DNA of 62,724 nt, counting the filler. It is 4 parts of 4 records of this genome, joined end to end, with 100 filler letters (N's around TTAATTAATTAA, not from the genome) between each part and the next. Parts side by side here need not be neighbours in the genome. Positions count along the whole stretch, not along the records: positions 10,939 to 38,490 come from SRR31156797_4998; 3 more parts are not named here. One strand, given 5' to 3'. This document shows positions 12,114-21,515 of this stretch, in pieces. The notes under the pieces are model-generated. The model saw nothing but the letters and a program-made list of their open reading frames with translations, was not told the origin of the DNA and ran no database searches. How positions within the stretch are numbered: position 1 is the first letter of the stretch; each line of letters opens with the position of its first letter. The position numbers and the translations under genes are program-made.

Positions 12114-12305
12114 TTTCTCTCAGAAAGTTACTATTTTTTACTTTTCCAAACAAGAAGGTAAAAGCAAAATAAAGCACGTATTCATTAATATACAGGCGAT
12201 TACGTTATTTTTTGCTGTTTTGAATAAATATAAATAAACCAAAATTTCCTGCTCAAAAGGCATCCTTTCTTTTTTGATTTTAAAGATCTATTATATCTTT
12301 ATTCT

Positions 12306-13115
12306 ATGAAGCTTAATTTTAGAAAAATTGGAGAGGGTTATCCTCTTATTATAGTCCACGGACTTTACGGTTCGTCAGATAACTGGTTGAGTGTAGCAAA
12401 AGATCTCGCCTCAAATTTTGAAGTTTACATTATCGATCAAAGAAATCATGGAGCTTCTCCACACTCCGACTCTCACAGCTATCAGGATTTAAAGGAAGAT
12501 CTGTTGGAATTCATGGATGATCATCAAATTGAAAAAGCAACATTAGTTGGTCATTCGATGGGAGGTAAAACGGTAATGTTTTTTGCTGCCGAGCATCCCG
12601 AAAGAGTCAGTAACCTGTTAGTGGCTGATATTGCTCCAAAAAATTACACCAAAATTTCAGATTACGCTCCACAAACTATAGATCACAACACAATTGTTTC
12701 TGCAATGCTAAATTTCGATCTACAAAGTTTTAATTCAAGAACCGAAATAGATCGGAAATTATCTGAAAGCATTCAAAGTGAAAGAGTACGTCAATTTCTC
12801 TTAAAGAATTTAAAAAGAGATGACGAAAAAAGATTTATCTGGAAACTAAATATTGAAAGCATCAGTAAATTCCTTCCTCAAATAATGGATGGAATGAACA
12901 AGGATGATTTTACCCATGGGAAAGGAATTACTGGATTTCCAGTTCTATTTATTAAAGGCGCCAAATCGAACTACATTACCGATGATGATCACAATTTAAT
13001 TAGAACCATTTTCCCTTATGCCGAAATAACTACTATATCTAATGCGGGACATTGGGTTCACGCCGAACAACCCAAACTACTGGTAAAAACAATTGAGTAT
13101 TTTGTGCTTGATTAA
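12306..13115 (+). CDS. Alpha/beta fold hydrolase (YbfF-like esterase)
   Basis: HGLYGSSDNW, DQRNHG, GHSMGG nucleophile elbow and AGHWVHAE. Confidence 0.88.
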   Translation: MKLNFRKIGEGYPLIIVHGLYGSSDNWLSVAKDLASNFEVYIIDQRNHGASPHSDSHSYQDLKEDLLEFMDDHQIEKATLVGHSMGGKTVMFFAAEHPERVSNLLVADIAPKNYTKISDYAPQTIDHNTIVSAMLNFDLQSFNSRTEIDRKLSESIQSERVRQFLLKNLKRDDEKRFIWKLNIESISKFLPQIMDGMNKDDFTHGKGITGFPVLFIKGAKSNYITDDDHNLIRTIFPYAEITTISNAGHWVHAEQPKLLVKTIEYFVLD

Positions 13116-13123
13116 AGGATTCA

Positions 13124-13150
13124 AAAAACTCCGCCTAAGGCGGAGTTTTT
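13124..13150. terminator. Bidirectional intrinsic terminator
   Basis: AAAAACTCCGCC-TAA-GGCGGAGTTTTT between convergent genes. Confidence 0.85.
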
Positions 13151-13170
13151 AATTGTATTTTCTTTAAGGT

Positions 13171-14283
13171 CTACCAAACACCCGCTTTAAAAACATAGCG
13201 AGTTACAGCCTGAATGTTAATCTCTTTATTTGAACTGTTGTTTGGATCAATATCATCCTCATATTTAAAACCAGTAATTTTCACATAGTAATCTTCACCT
13301 ACTTCCAATTCACTTAGAGCTTCCAATTCACTTGCTATAGAACTGTCAACAGTCAACACCTTGTCTTCACCAGCAACAGCAGGTTGGCGCGTACTTCTAA
13401 ATTTAGGTTGATACTCATTACCATTCTTATCTAATATTTCAACGTAATAGTAAATCTCATCTTCGTCGATAGCTTTCCAATTAATTGCAACACTTCCACT
13501 GGCACTGGCATGAGTAGCCGTTGTTGAAAAATTATCTAAGGCAGCAATGGCTTCACTATACATCTGATCTTCCAGCTTGTAATTTTCACCATCTGCTTTC
13601 AAGAAAAACTTAACAGTTTGACTTCCCGGATAAGTATCAAAATACTCATCTCTATCACTCTCTTTTAAATAATATACCTTCTCTCCCTGAAAATTGGTAA
13701 AATCTTCCAGTTCAATAGTTGTTGATTCGTTAGGCAAAACTTTTACCTGGCTTAAGTCTGATCCATAAACAGCATATGCGTATCTAAGCGATGATTCGTA
13801 AGCATTGTTTACCAAGCGAAGATCATTTACAACATAAGCATCTGCCGTTACATCATTCAATTCTGCTATATCTGTATAAAACTCTCTTGTTCCACTTGAA
13901 CTGTTCAGTTTAAGGTAAGTACTTGTTGATTTTGATTGTATGAACCACTCCTGTCGATCAGTCGGCGAGATAGATTCATCTTCAATTATCAACTCATTAT
14001 CTACAAGACTCCATTCTCCAACAACCTCATCTCTACGACCACTAAATTCTTGTTTCTTTAGTACGCCTCCTCCCTCAAATCGATAAACAATTAGTTCATC
14101 ATCACGATCATAATCTGATGACAAATAAGGGTTCGCATACCAATACTTATTCATTAAATCCGACGATTTGAATTCAAAATCTTCATCATCTCCTCCACTA
14201 CTGCTACTTCCACATGAGAATAATGACATGCTGCCTATAATAAGTGCTGCAAATGATAACTTTTTATAAAATGAACGATTCAT
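13171..14283 (-). CDS. Hypothetical acidic lipoprotein
   Basis: 370 aa ORF; lipobox LFSC followed by an S/G/D-rich linker typical of Bacteroidota surface lipoproteins. Confidence 0.7.
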   Translation of the reverse strand: MNRSFYKKLSFAALIIGSMSLFSCGSSSSGGDDEDFEFKSSDLMNKYWYANPYLSSDYDRDDELIVYRFEGGGVLKKQEFSGRRDEVVGEWSLVDNELIIEDESISPTDRQEWFIQSKSTSTYLKLNSSSGTREFYTDIAELNDVTADAYVVNDLRLVNNAYESSLRYAYAVYGSDLSQVKVLPNESTTIELEDFTNFQGEKVYYLKESDRDEYFDTYPGSQTVKFFLKADGENYKLEDQMYSEAIAALDNFSTTATHASASGSVAINWKAIDEDEIYYYVEILDKNGNEYQPKFRSTRQPAVAGEDKVLTVDSSIASELEALSELEVGEDYYVKITGFKYEDDIDPNNSSNKEINIQAVTRYVFKAGVW

Positions 14284-14381
14284 TTTTAATATCTTTTAGT
14301 TTAAACTTTTGTTCAAATAAATATAACATACTCGTAAGAGTAACACGAAAAAAATCAATTTATTGTACAATAACAAGAATG

Positions 14382-15104
14382 TTACAATAATATTCTTTCG
14401 AAATTTTCTTCCGGAATTAACTCTTGTCCCTGGTACCTTAAAAACAACTGAGCTGTTGCCAAAATATCCTTTTCGCAATATATCGCAATCCGCTCAATAT
14501 CTTTATCATTCCAATACACTTCTCCAACCATAGAACCATCTATATCATCTTTTGGTGTAGAAATATTAAACACTTCACACAGTAATGCAAGCGAAGTATA
14601 ATGCTTGTAATCTCCAAATTTCCACAACTCCATGGTATCCAAAAACTGTACTTCCCAGGGTTTCTTACCGGCAATATCCAGCACTTCTGGCAATTTCACG
14701 CCATTAATCAGCATGCGCCTGGCTATATAGGGAAAATCAAATTCTTTACCATTGTGAGCACACAGATTTCTGTTTGGTTTTGCACAAAATCGGGTAAGCA
14801 TATCCGCAAAATCTTCCAGCAATCTTCTCTCATCATCACCATAAAAAGATTTTGCTACAAACTTTCTAACACCATCTTTCTGAACAATCATTCCGGTAGA
14901 AATACACACTATTTTTCCAAATTCGGCATAAATACCTGCTCGCTGATACACATCAGCAGCACTTTCCTCATCGGATCTGAAATAGTTGGATTTTTTCTCC
15001 CAAAGTTCTTGCAATTTTGGCGATAAAGTTTCGAACGAATCCTGACCTGATACTGTTTCAATATCAATAAATAGTAAACTCTCTGCTTTAATTTTATTCA
15101 GCAT
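14382..15104 (-). CDS. Stand-alone 3'-5' exonuclease, PolB-like DEDD family
   Basis: FIDIETV (ExoI), HNGKEFDFPY (ExoII) and YCEKD (ExoIII). Confidence 0.85.
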   Translation of the reverse strand: MLNKIKAESLLFIDIETVSGQDSFETLSPKLQELWEKKSNYFRSDEESAADVYQRAGIYAEFGKIVCISTGMIVQKDGVRKFVAKSFYGDDERRLLEDFADMLTRFCAKPNRNLCAHNGKEFDFPYIARRMLINGVKLPEVLDIAGKKPWEVQFLDTMELWKFGDYKHYTSLALLCEVFNISTPKDDIDGSMVGEVYWNDKDIERIAIYCEKDILATAQLFLRYQGQELIPEENFERILL

Positions 15105-15188
15105 GACTAAGATTTATCATAAACAAAATCAAAAGTTATAAAAAAAGGAGACATCAACAAAGTCTCCTTTACAATTCTTATCAACAGT

Positions 15189-15806
15189 TTACAATTCTAC
15201 TTTTAAATTTTTCTGAATGTAATGAGTTAAAATATCAATTGCTACAATATTATTACCTCCTTGTGGTACAATAATATCAGCATATCTTTTTGTAGGTTCG
15301 ATAAACTGTAAGTGCATTGGTTTTACCGTTTTTTCATATCTGTCTAAAACCTTGTTCACAGATCTTCCTCTTTCTACAATATCTCGTTTTATTACTCTAT
15401 TCAACCTGTCATCGGCATCACAATCAACAAAAACCATAATATCCATCAAATCGCGTAACTCAGGTTGTGTTAAGGCCAATATACCTTCAACAATTACAAC
15501 TTCCTTTGGCTCCACCTTAATAGTTTCCTCGGAACGCAAACATGTTAAATATGAATAAATAGGTTGATCTATTGCCTCCCCTTTTTTCAATTGCTTTAAA
15601 TGTTCAACCAACAGTTCAAATTCTATCGAATGAGGATGATCAAAATTCATTTCTTGTCTTTCCTCCAACTGAAGGTGGGCATTATCTCTATAGTAAGAAT
15701 CTTGTGGCAAAACAGCTACTTCTCCTTGAGGTAATCTTTCTATTATTTTTCTAACTACTGTAGTTTTCCCGGAACCGGTTCCTCCGGCAATTCCAATAAT
15801 CAACAT
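15189..15806 (-). CDS. udk: Uridine kinase
   Basis: GIAGGTGSGKTT, QDSYY, NFDHP and FIEPTKRYADIIVP motifs. Confidence 0.95.
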   Translation of the reverse strand: MLIIGIAGGTGSGKTTVVRKIIERLPQGEVAVLPQDSYYRDNAHLQLEERQEMNFDHPHSIEFELLVEHLKQLKKGEAIDQPIYSYLTCLRSEETIKVEPKEVVIVEGILALTQPELRDLMDIMVFVDCDADDRLNRVIKRDIVERGRSVNKVLDRYEKTVKPMHLQFIEPTKRYADIIVPQGGNNIVAIDILTHYIQKNLKVEL

Positions 15807-15896
15807 GTTGTATGATATTTAGGTGTTTGGTACAAAAATGATAATTTTGCATTAAATTAGGCCGGAAAGTTACTAATTATTTAAAAAAGAATTGAA

Positions 15897-16199
15897 ATGA
15901 TTAAGCACATCGCAATGTTTAAATTCAAGGCTTTCGGGTCGGAGGAAGAAAAGAAAAGCTATCACAACAGATTGATAGAAGCATTTGAAGGGTTGGAAAA
16001 TAAAGTTCCCGAAATTAAATTCTTACAAATAGGATTTGATAAATTACATTCTGATGCATCTTTTGATTTTATTGTAAATGTTGATATTGAAAGTTTAGAC
16101 GCTTTATCGGTATATGCCAATCATCCCGAACATGTAAAAGCAGCTTCGGTAATAAAAGAGATGGCAGGAGACCGTAAAGTGATTGATTACGAATTTTAG
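15897..16199 (+). CDS. Dabb family stress-responsive alpha/beta barrel protein
   Basis: MIKHIAMFKF start, YANHPEH motif and C-terminal VIDYEF. Confidence 0.85.
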   Translation: MIKHIAMFKFKAFGSEEEKKSYHNRLIEAFEGLENKVPEIKFLQIGFDKLHSDASFDFIVNVDIESLDALSVYANHPEHVKAASVIKEMAGDRKVIDYEF

Positions 16200-16246
16200 T
16201 ACCAAAAGCCATATAACATCAATCAAATTAATTAATCGTACAAAAA

Positions 16247-17227
16247 ATGAGTTTGTATCCATTAAAATTTCAACCTATCCTAAAAGATAAAATCTGGGGT
16301 GGGAACAAATTAAAAACTGTGTTGAATAAGGATTTTTCTCCACTTCCAAATGCTGGTGAGAGTTGGGAAATTTCAGGAGTTGAAGGAGATATTTCGGTTG
16401 TAAGTAATGGAAAGCTTGCTGGTAATAACCTGGAAGAGTTGGTTGAAGTTTATATGGGCGACCTTGTAGGCGATCATGTATTTGATGAATTTGGACAGGA
16501 ATTTCCATTGTTAATAAAGTTTATCGATGCCAACGATGTTCTTTCAATTCAAGTTCATCCTGATGACGCAATGTCGAAAGAAAGACACAATGCTTTTGGT
16601 AAGACAGAAATGTGGTATGTTATAGAAGCTGACAAGGGATCTGAACTAATTGTAGGCTTCAATCAGGAAGTTGATAAAGCAAAATACGTTACCAAGTTAG
16701 AAGAAGGTAAACTGGAAGAAATCCTAAACAATGAACCGGTTGAAAAGGGAAGTTGTTTCTTTATTCCAGCTGGTAGAGTTCATGCCATTGGAAAAGGAAT
16801 CCTTTTAGCTGAAATTCAGCAAACTTCTGATGTTACCTATCGCATGTACGACTGGAACAGAACGGATGATCAGGGAAATCCTCGTGAATTACATACTGAT
16901 TTGGCTGTTGATGCCATTGACTATAGTTACGAGAAAAAATACAGAACCGATTACGAAACTGAGATCAATAAAACAAAAGAATTGGTTCGTTGCCCATATT
17001 TCACAACCAATACTTTAGAATTCGATCAGGCTTGCGAGAAAGATTACTCTGCTTTGGATTCATTTGTAATTTACATGTGCATGGAAGGTGATTTTACTAT
17101 CGAAAGTGAAGGTGGAATTACAACTTCTGTGGTAAAGGGTGAATCAGTATTGATTCCAGCGTCTTTGGATAGTATCACCTTAAAACCAAAAGGGAATACA
17201 CAAATTCTGGAAGTATATATTAAATAG
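16247..17227 (+). CDS. manA: Mannose-6-phosphate isomerase, class I
   Basis: KIWGG, GESWEIS, FPLLIKFIDA, LSIQVHP, GKTEMWY and EIQQTSDVTYR motifs. Confidence 0.92.
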   Translation: MSLYPLKFQPILKDKIWGGNKLKTVLNKDFSPLPNAGESWEISGVEGDISVVSNGKLAGNNLEELVEVYMGDLVGDHVFDEFGQEFPLLIKFIDANDVLSIQVHPDDAMSKERHNAFGKTEMWYVIEADKGSELIVGFNQEVDKAKYVTKLEEGKLEEILNNEPVEKGSCFFIPAGRVHAIGKGILLAEIQQTSDVTYRMYDWNRTDDQGNPRELHTDLAVDAIDYSYEKKYRTDYETEINKTKELVRCPYFTTNTLEFDQACEKDYSALDSFVIYMCMEGDFTIESEGGITTSVVKGESVLIPASLDSITLKPKGNTQILEVYIK

Positions 17228-17342
17228 TTTTTAAATATATATAGTTAAACCTCTTTTTGCTGATACAGAAAGAGGTTTTTCTTTTCCCACCAAAATCATC
17301 AAAGTCAATTGAATTAATTCTATCGATTTTCGGATAAATGTA

Positions 17343-17350
17343 TAACTTTG
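17343..17350 (+). promoter_or_regulatory. Bacteroidota primary-sigma -7 element (TAACTTTG) for engB
   Basis: Matches TAnnTTTG 20 nt upstream of ATG 17371. Confidence 0.6.
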
Positions 17351-17370
17351 CGGTCGAAAACAGAGAACCA

Positions 17371-17973
17371 ATGAATATAAATACAGCAGAATTTGTGATG
17401 TCCAACTCGGACGTAAAAAAATGTCCCAAGCAAGATAAACCTGAATTTGCGTTTATCGGGCGATCTAATGTTGGTAAATCATCATTAATCAATATGCTGA
17501 CCAACCATAAGAGTTTAGCTAAGACTTCGGCGAAGCCTGGTAAAACTCAGTTGGTAAATCATTTCATGATTAACAAAGAGTGGTATCTGGTAGATTTACC
17601 AGGTTATGGTTTTGCTAAGGTAGCAAAGTCAACTCGTCAGCGATTTTCGAAGTTGATTTTCAATTATATCGAAAGTCGTGAGAATTTGGTAACTCTTTTT
17701 GTATTAATTGACGTTAGACATGAACCTCAGGCAAAAGATACAGAGTTTATGGAATGGCTAGGGATTAATGAAATCCCTTTTTCAATCATTTTTACCAAAG
17801 CAGACAAACTTACCAAACGTAATCTGGCTGATAATCTGGCTGCCTACAAAAAGGAAATGCTGGAAATTTGGGAAGAAATGCCTCCATTTTTCGTAAGCTC
17901 TTCGAATTCTGGAATGGGGAAAGAGGAAATATTGGATTACATCCATAACACAATGAACACATTACAAGAATAA
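17371..17973 (+). CDS. engB: Ribosome biogenesis GTPase YihA/YsxC
   Basis: [23 protein letters not shown] and TKADK motifs; start placed at MNINTAEF downstream of the promoter element. Confidence 0.95.
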   Translation: MNINTAEFVMSNSDVKKCPKQDKPEFAFIGRSNVGKSSLINMLTNHKSLAKTSAKPGKTQLVNHFMINKEWYLVDLPGYGFAKVAKSTRQRFSKLIFNYIESRENLVTLFVLIDVRHEPQAKDTEFMEWLGINEIPFSIIFTKADKLTKRNLADNLAAYKKEMLEIWEEMPPFFVSSSNSGMGKEEILDYIHNTMNTLQE

Positions 17974-18102
17974 AAAGAAAAGAAGATCTCTAATAAAGAA
18001 ATCTTCTTTTTTATTTTAAATACAAGTTAAGATCAAAGAAATCAATTGGTCAAAATTTTTGCGACAATGAAATTTATTTAATTTTTTTGAAGCAATAATT
18101 CA

Positions 18103-18110
18103 TAAATTTG
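18103..18110 (+). promoter_or_regulatory. Bacteroidota -7 element (TAAATTTG) for prs
   Basis: TAnnTTTG match upstream of prs. Confidence 0.6.
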
Positions 18111-18151
18111 CAAAGGAAAACTTATCTGATTTATAAATAAATAATACTTTA

Positions 18152-19084
18152 ATGAAAGCCCCGATTAAAATTTTTGCTGGTTCAAACAGCGAGCATTTGG
18201 CAGGTAAAATTGCAGAAGCAGCAGGTTTAAGTGTTGGAGAATCGAGTATCGTTAGATTTAGCGATGGAGAGTTTGAAACTTGTTACGAAGAAACAGTTCG
18301 TGGATCTCACGTTTTTATTGTTCAATCAACTTATCCTCCAACAGATAACTTGATGGAATTATTATTAATGATTGATGCTGCGAAAAGAGCTTCTGCTTAC
18401 AAAGTTTGTGCTGTAATTCCGTATTTCGGATTTGCTCGTCAAGACAGAAAAGATCGCCCAAGAGTTGCTATTGGTGCAAAATTAGTTGCTAACTTATTGA
18501 TGGCTGCTGGCGTTGATCGTGTTATGACTATGGATTTACACGCTGATCAAATTCAAGGTTTCTTCGATATTCCAGTTGATCACCTTTATGGTTCTTCAGT
18601 ATTACTTCCATATATCGAAGAGTTAAATCTTGATAATTTGGTAGTTGCTTCTCCTGATATGGGTGGTAGTAAAAGAGCTAATGCCTATGCTAAATATTTA
18701 AACGCAGGTTTAGCTATCTGTCACAAATCAAGAGAGAAAGCAAACGTAGTTGGGGAAATGACAGCTATTGGTGAAGTTGAAGGTAAGAATGTAGTTATCG
18801 TTGATGATATGATCGATACTGCAGGAACAATTACCAAAGCTGCCGATATGTTGAAAGAAAAAGGTGCTAAAAGTGTTCGCGCTATTGCATCGCATGCTGT
18901 TCTTTCAGGTCCTGCTTACGAAAGAATTGAAGAATCAGCTCTTGAAGAGGTAATTTTCACCAATTCTATTCCATTGAGAAAAGAGACATCAAAGATCCAG
19001 GAATTAACAATTGCTGATATTTTTGCTAAAACAATTATGAATGTTTACAATTGCGAATCAATCAGTTCCAATTTCATTTTATAA
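18152..19084 (+). CDS. prs: Ribose-phosphate pyrophosphokinase
   Basis: RFSDGE, PYFGFARQDRK, DLHADQIQGFF and VDDMIDTAGT motifs. Confidence 0.97.
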   Translation: MKAPIKIFAGSNSEHLAGKIAEAAGLSVGESSIVRFSDGEFETCYEETVRGSHVFIVQSTYPPTDNLMELLLMIDAAKRASAYKVCAVIPYFGFARQDRKDRPRVAIGAKLVANLLMAAGVDRVMTMDLHADQIQGFFDIPVDHLYGSSVLLPYIEELNLDNLVVASPDMGGSKRANAYAKYLNAGLAICHKSREKANVVGEMTAIGEVEGKNVVIVDDMIDTAGTITKAADMLKEKGAKSVRAIASHAVLSGPAYERIEESALEEVIFTNSIPLRKETSKIQELTIADIFAKTIMNVYNCESISSNFIL

Positions 19085-19088
19085 TTCT

Positions 19089-19096
19089 TATATTTG
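19089..19096 (+). promoter_or_regulatory. Bacteroidota -7 element (TATATTTG) giving rplY a leader of about 100 nt
   Basis: TAnnTTTG match immediately after the prs stop codon. Confidence 0.6.
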
Positions 19097-19128
19097 CGCC
19101 GAATTTAGGTAAAAACAATTTTATAAAC

Positions 19129-19188
19129 GTGTGATGGGATGTTAGCCGAACCTTTTTACCGGGTAATGAAGATGACATTGAGTAGCAC
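19129..19188 (+). ncRNA. Candidate cis-regulatory rplY leader RNA mimicking 5S rRNA loop E
   Basis: GUGU/GCAC stem, GAUGG/GAGUA internal loop and GAUGUUA/UGACAUU 7-bp stem; ends 14 nt before the rplY ATG. Confidence 0.6.
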
Positions 19189-19202
19189 AAAATTCATATC
19201 AA

Positions 19203-19781
19203 ATGAAAACTTTAGAATTAAAAGGTTCTTTAAGAACTGACTTAGGAAAAAAAGCTACTAAAGCTTTACGTAGAGCAGAAATGGTACCATGTGAATTGTA
19301 TGGTGGTGGCAAAAACGTTCACTTTGCAATTAGCGAAAAAGACATTAACAAATTGCTTTATACTCCTGAAACTTTCATCGTAAAATTCGATATCGAAGGA
19401 AAAGAGTTTACTGCAGTAATGAGAGATGTTCAATTTCACCCAACTACAGACAAAGCAATTCACGCTGACTTCTTCCAGGTATTCGAAGACAAAGCATTCG
19501 AAGTTCAGATTCCTATTAAAGTAGAAGGATTCGCAAAAGGTGTTCAGTCTGGTGGTAAATTAGCTGTTAACTTGAGAAAATTAAAAGTTAAAGGTTTAAT
19601 GAAAGATCTTCCAGAATTCTTACCTATCGATGTTACTGAATTAGGTCTTGGTAAGAGTACTCAGATTAAGGAGCTTGATTTCGAGAACCTTGAAATGCTT
19701 AATGCTAAGAATGCCGTTGTTGTACAGGTTAAGCTTACAAGAGCTGCTCGTGCTGCTGCAAATGCTACTACAGAAGAATAG
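19203..19781 (+). CDS. rplY: 50S ribosomal protein bL25/Ctc
   Basis: GKKATKALRR..VPCELYG, DVQFHP..HADF and a C-terminal Ctc domain; canonical prs-rplY-pth order. Confidence 0.95.
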   Translation: MKTLELKGSLRTDLGKKATKALRRAEMVPCELYGGGKNVHFAISEKDINKLLYTPETFIVKFDIEGKEFTAVMRDVQFHPTTDKAIHADFFQVFEDKAFEVQIPIKVEGFAKGVQSGGKLAVNLRKLKVKGLMKDLPEFLPIDVTELGLGKSTQIKELDFENLEMLNAKNAVVVQVKLTRAARAAANATTEE

Positions 19782-19803
19782 TCTTTTCTTTAGTAAAAAA
19801 TAT

Positions 19804-19836
19804 AACCTCCCGAGCCATTGGCATGGGAGGTTTTTT
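19804..19836 (+). terminator. Intrinsic terminator after rplY
   Basis: AACCTCCCGAGCC-ATT-GGCATGGGAGGTT hairpin followed by a T tract. Confidence 0.8.
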
Positions 19837-19893
19837 AATATCAAATAATAAGAGTTTAAGGTTTTCAACAAATATTTTACCTTTGATTCTGAT

Positions 19894-20538
19894 ATGATTC
19901 AATTCTTGAAAAAAATATTGGGGATTTCATCATCTTCCAATAAGGAAATAAACAATAATCACATGAAATATCTGGTTGTGGGCTTGGGTAATATTGGTGC
20001 AGAATACCATAATACCCGTCACAATATTGGTTTTAATATTCTTGATGCTTTAGCCGAAACAGCTAAAATTGAGTTTAAAGATGCTCGATACGGAGCAATG
20101 ACTGAATACAAATTTAAAGGACGTACTTATGTATTGGTAAAACCAAGCACCTACATGAATTTAAGTGGTAAAGCCGTAAATTATTGGCTGCAAAAGGAAA
20201 AAATTGACGTTAAAAACATGATGATTCTTGTTGATGATCTTGCTTTGCCATTTGGAACTTTACGACTTCGCCCGAAAGGTAGCGATGCAGGTCATAATGG
20301 TTTAAAGCATATCAATGAAATTTTAGGACATCAAAACTATGCGAGATTGCGTTTTGGTATTGGCGATGATTTTCACAAAGGTCAGCAAATAGATTACGTA
20401 TTGGGTAAATGGAGTGAAGAGGAATCGGAGAAGCTACCGGAATTGTACAAAATTTGTATCAACATGATAAAAGGTATGAGTACAATTGGAATACAACGCA
20501 CCATGACTGCCTACAATACTAAAAAAGTGAGCAAATAA
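19894..20538 (+). CDS. pth: Peptidyl-tRNA hydrolase, possibly with an N-terminal extension
   Basis: [26 protein letters not shown] and GHNGLK motifs. Confidence 0.95.
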   Translation: MIQFLKKILGISSSSNKEINNNHMKYLVVGLGNIGAEYHNTRHNIGFNILDALAETAKIEFKDARYGAMTEYKFKGRTYVLVKPSTYMNLSGKAVNYWLQKEKIDVKNMMILVDDLALPFGTLRLRPKGSDAGHNGLKHINEILGHQNYARLRFGIGDDFHKGQQIDYVLGKWSEEESEKLPELYKICINMIKGMSTIGIQRTMTAYNTKKVSK

Positions 20539-20556
20539 TTTTCTAAACCGCACAAC

Positions 20557-20931
20557 ATGGACGAGAAGGTAAGAGTTGACAAATGGATGTGGGCAGTTCG
20601 AATTTTTAAAACCCGAAGTATGGCAGCCGAGGCTTGTAAAAAAGGTAAGGTGAGCATCAATGGTGTATCGATAAAACCATCCAGAGAAATCAGGTTAAAC
20701 GAAAAAATTGACATTCGTGTTCCTCCTATCACCCGGAGCTACCAGGTAAAAGCGATATCTGGTAAACGTATGTCGGCTAAACTTGCCGTTGATTTTGTGG
20801 AAGATATAACGGCTCAGGACCAATTGGATTTGTTAAATGCCACCAAATCGTATGGATTTGAGCATAGACAAAGAGGATCTGGTCGTCCAACAAAGCAGGA
20901 AAGAAGATTAATAGACAAACTGAAACAATAA
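20557..20931 (+). CDS. hslR: S4-domain RNA-binding heat shock protein 15
   Basis: RVDKWMWAVRIFKTRS and GRPTKQERR motifs. Confidence 0.88.
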   Translation: MDEKVRVDKWMWAVRIFKTRSMAAEACKKGKVSINGVSIKPSREIRLNEKIDIRVPPITRSYQVKAISGKRMSAKLAVDFVEDITAQDQLDLLNATKSYGFEHRQRGSGRPTKQERRLIDKLKQ

Positions 20932-20953
20932 TCGGTAAACTGATAACTGAAAT

Positions 20954-21493
20954 ATGATTATAGCACAAGAGAAAAAGAAAACCAACCTTGCCGAATACAT
21001 TCTATACATGTGGCAAGTTGAAGATATTATTAGAGCGTACAAATTCGATATCGAAGTTATCGATAAGAATGTAATTTCTCAATTTCAGCAACCAGCCGAA
21101 ACCAACAAAGAGATTCGTGATTGGTACGAGAATTTAATTGAGATGATGAAAATTGAGAAGGTGGAAGAGCGTGGACACCTTCAAATTCTTAAGAACAACA
21201 TTAACGAGTTATACGATTTTCATTTGCACCTGTTAAATAATACTAAAGATGCTGCTTACACAGGTTTTTTCCAGCAAGCAAGTGGTAACATTTCAGAATT
21301 CCGTCAAAAGTCGCAGGCAAAAGAAGAGAACAACGACATAGAAGTTTGCTTGACTGCACTATATGGAATCTTAATGTTGAAGTTACAGCAAAAAGAAATC
21401 TCGAAAGAAACGATTGCTGCTGTTACAACTTTCAGCCAGTTGATTTCTGATTTAACAGCTAAGTACAAAGCCTTCGAAGAGGAACAAGAATAA
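20954..21493 (+). CDS. DUF4924 family protein
   Basis: MIIAQEKKKTNLAEYILYMWQVEDIIRA N-terminus typical of this Bacteroidota family. Confidence 0.75.
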   Translation: MIIAQEKKKTNLAEYILYMWQVEDIIRAYKFDIEVIDKNVISQFQQPAETNKEIRDWYENLIEMMKIEKVEERGHLQILKNNINELYDFHLHLLNNTKDAAYTGFFQQASGNISEFRQKSQAKEENNDIEVCLTALYGILMLKLQQKEISKETIAAVTTFSQLISDLTAKYKAFEEEQE

Positions 21494-21515
21494 TACAACT
21501 CTCAGCCCATATCAA

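Noticed and set aside
8491-12177. Integrase inserted into or next to the sensor kinase
   Set aside because: The two genes are on different contigs from apparently different phyla; the adjacency is artificial.
12073-12305. tRNA or tmRNA attachment site beside the integrase
   Set aside because: No T-arm GTTCRANYC or cloverleaf is recognisable here; I found no tRNA or rRNA gene anywhere in the window.
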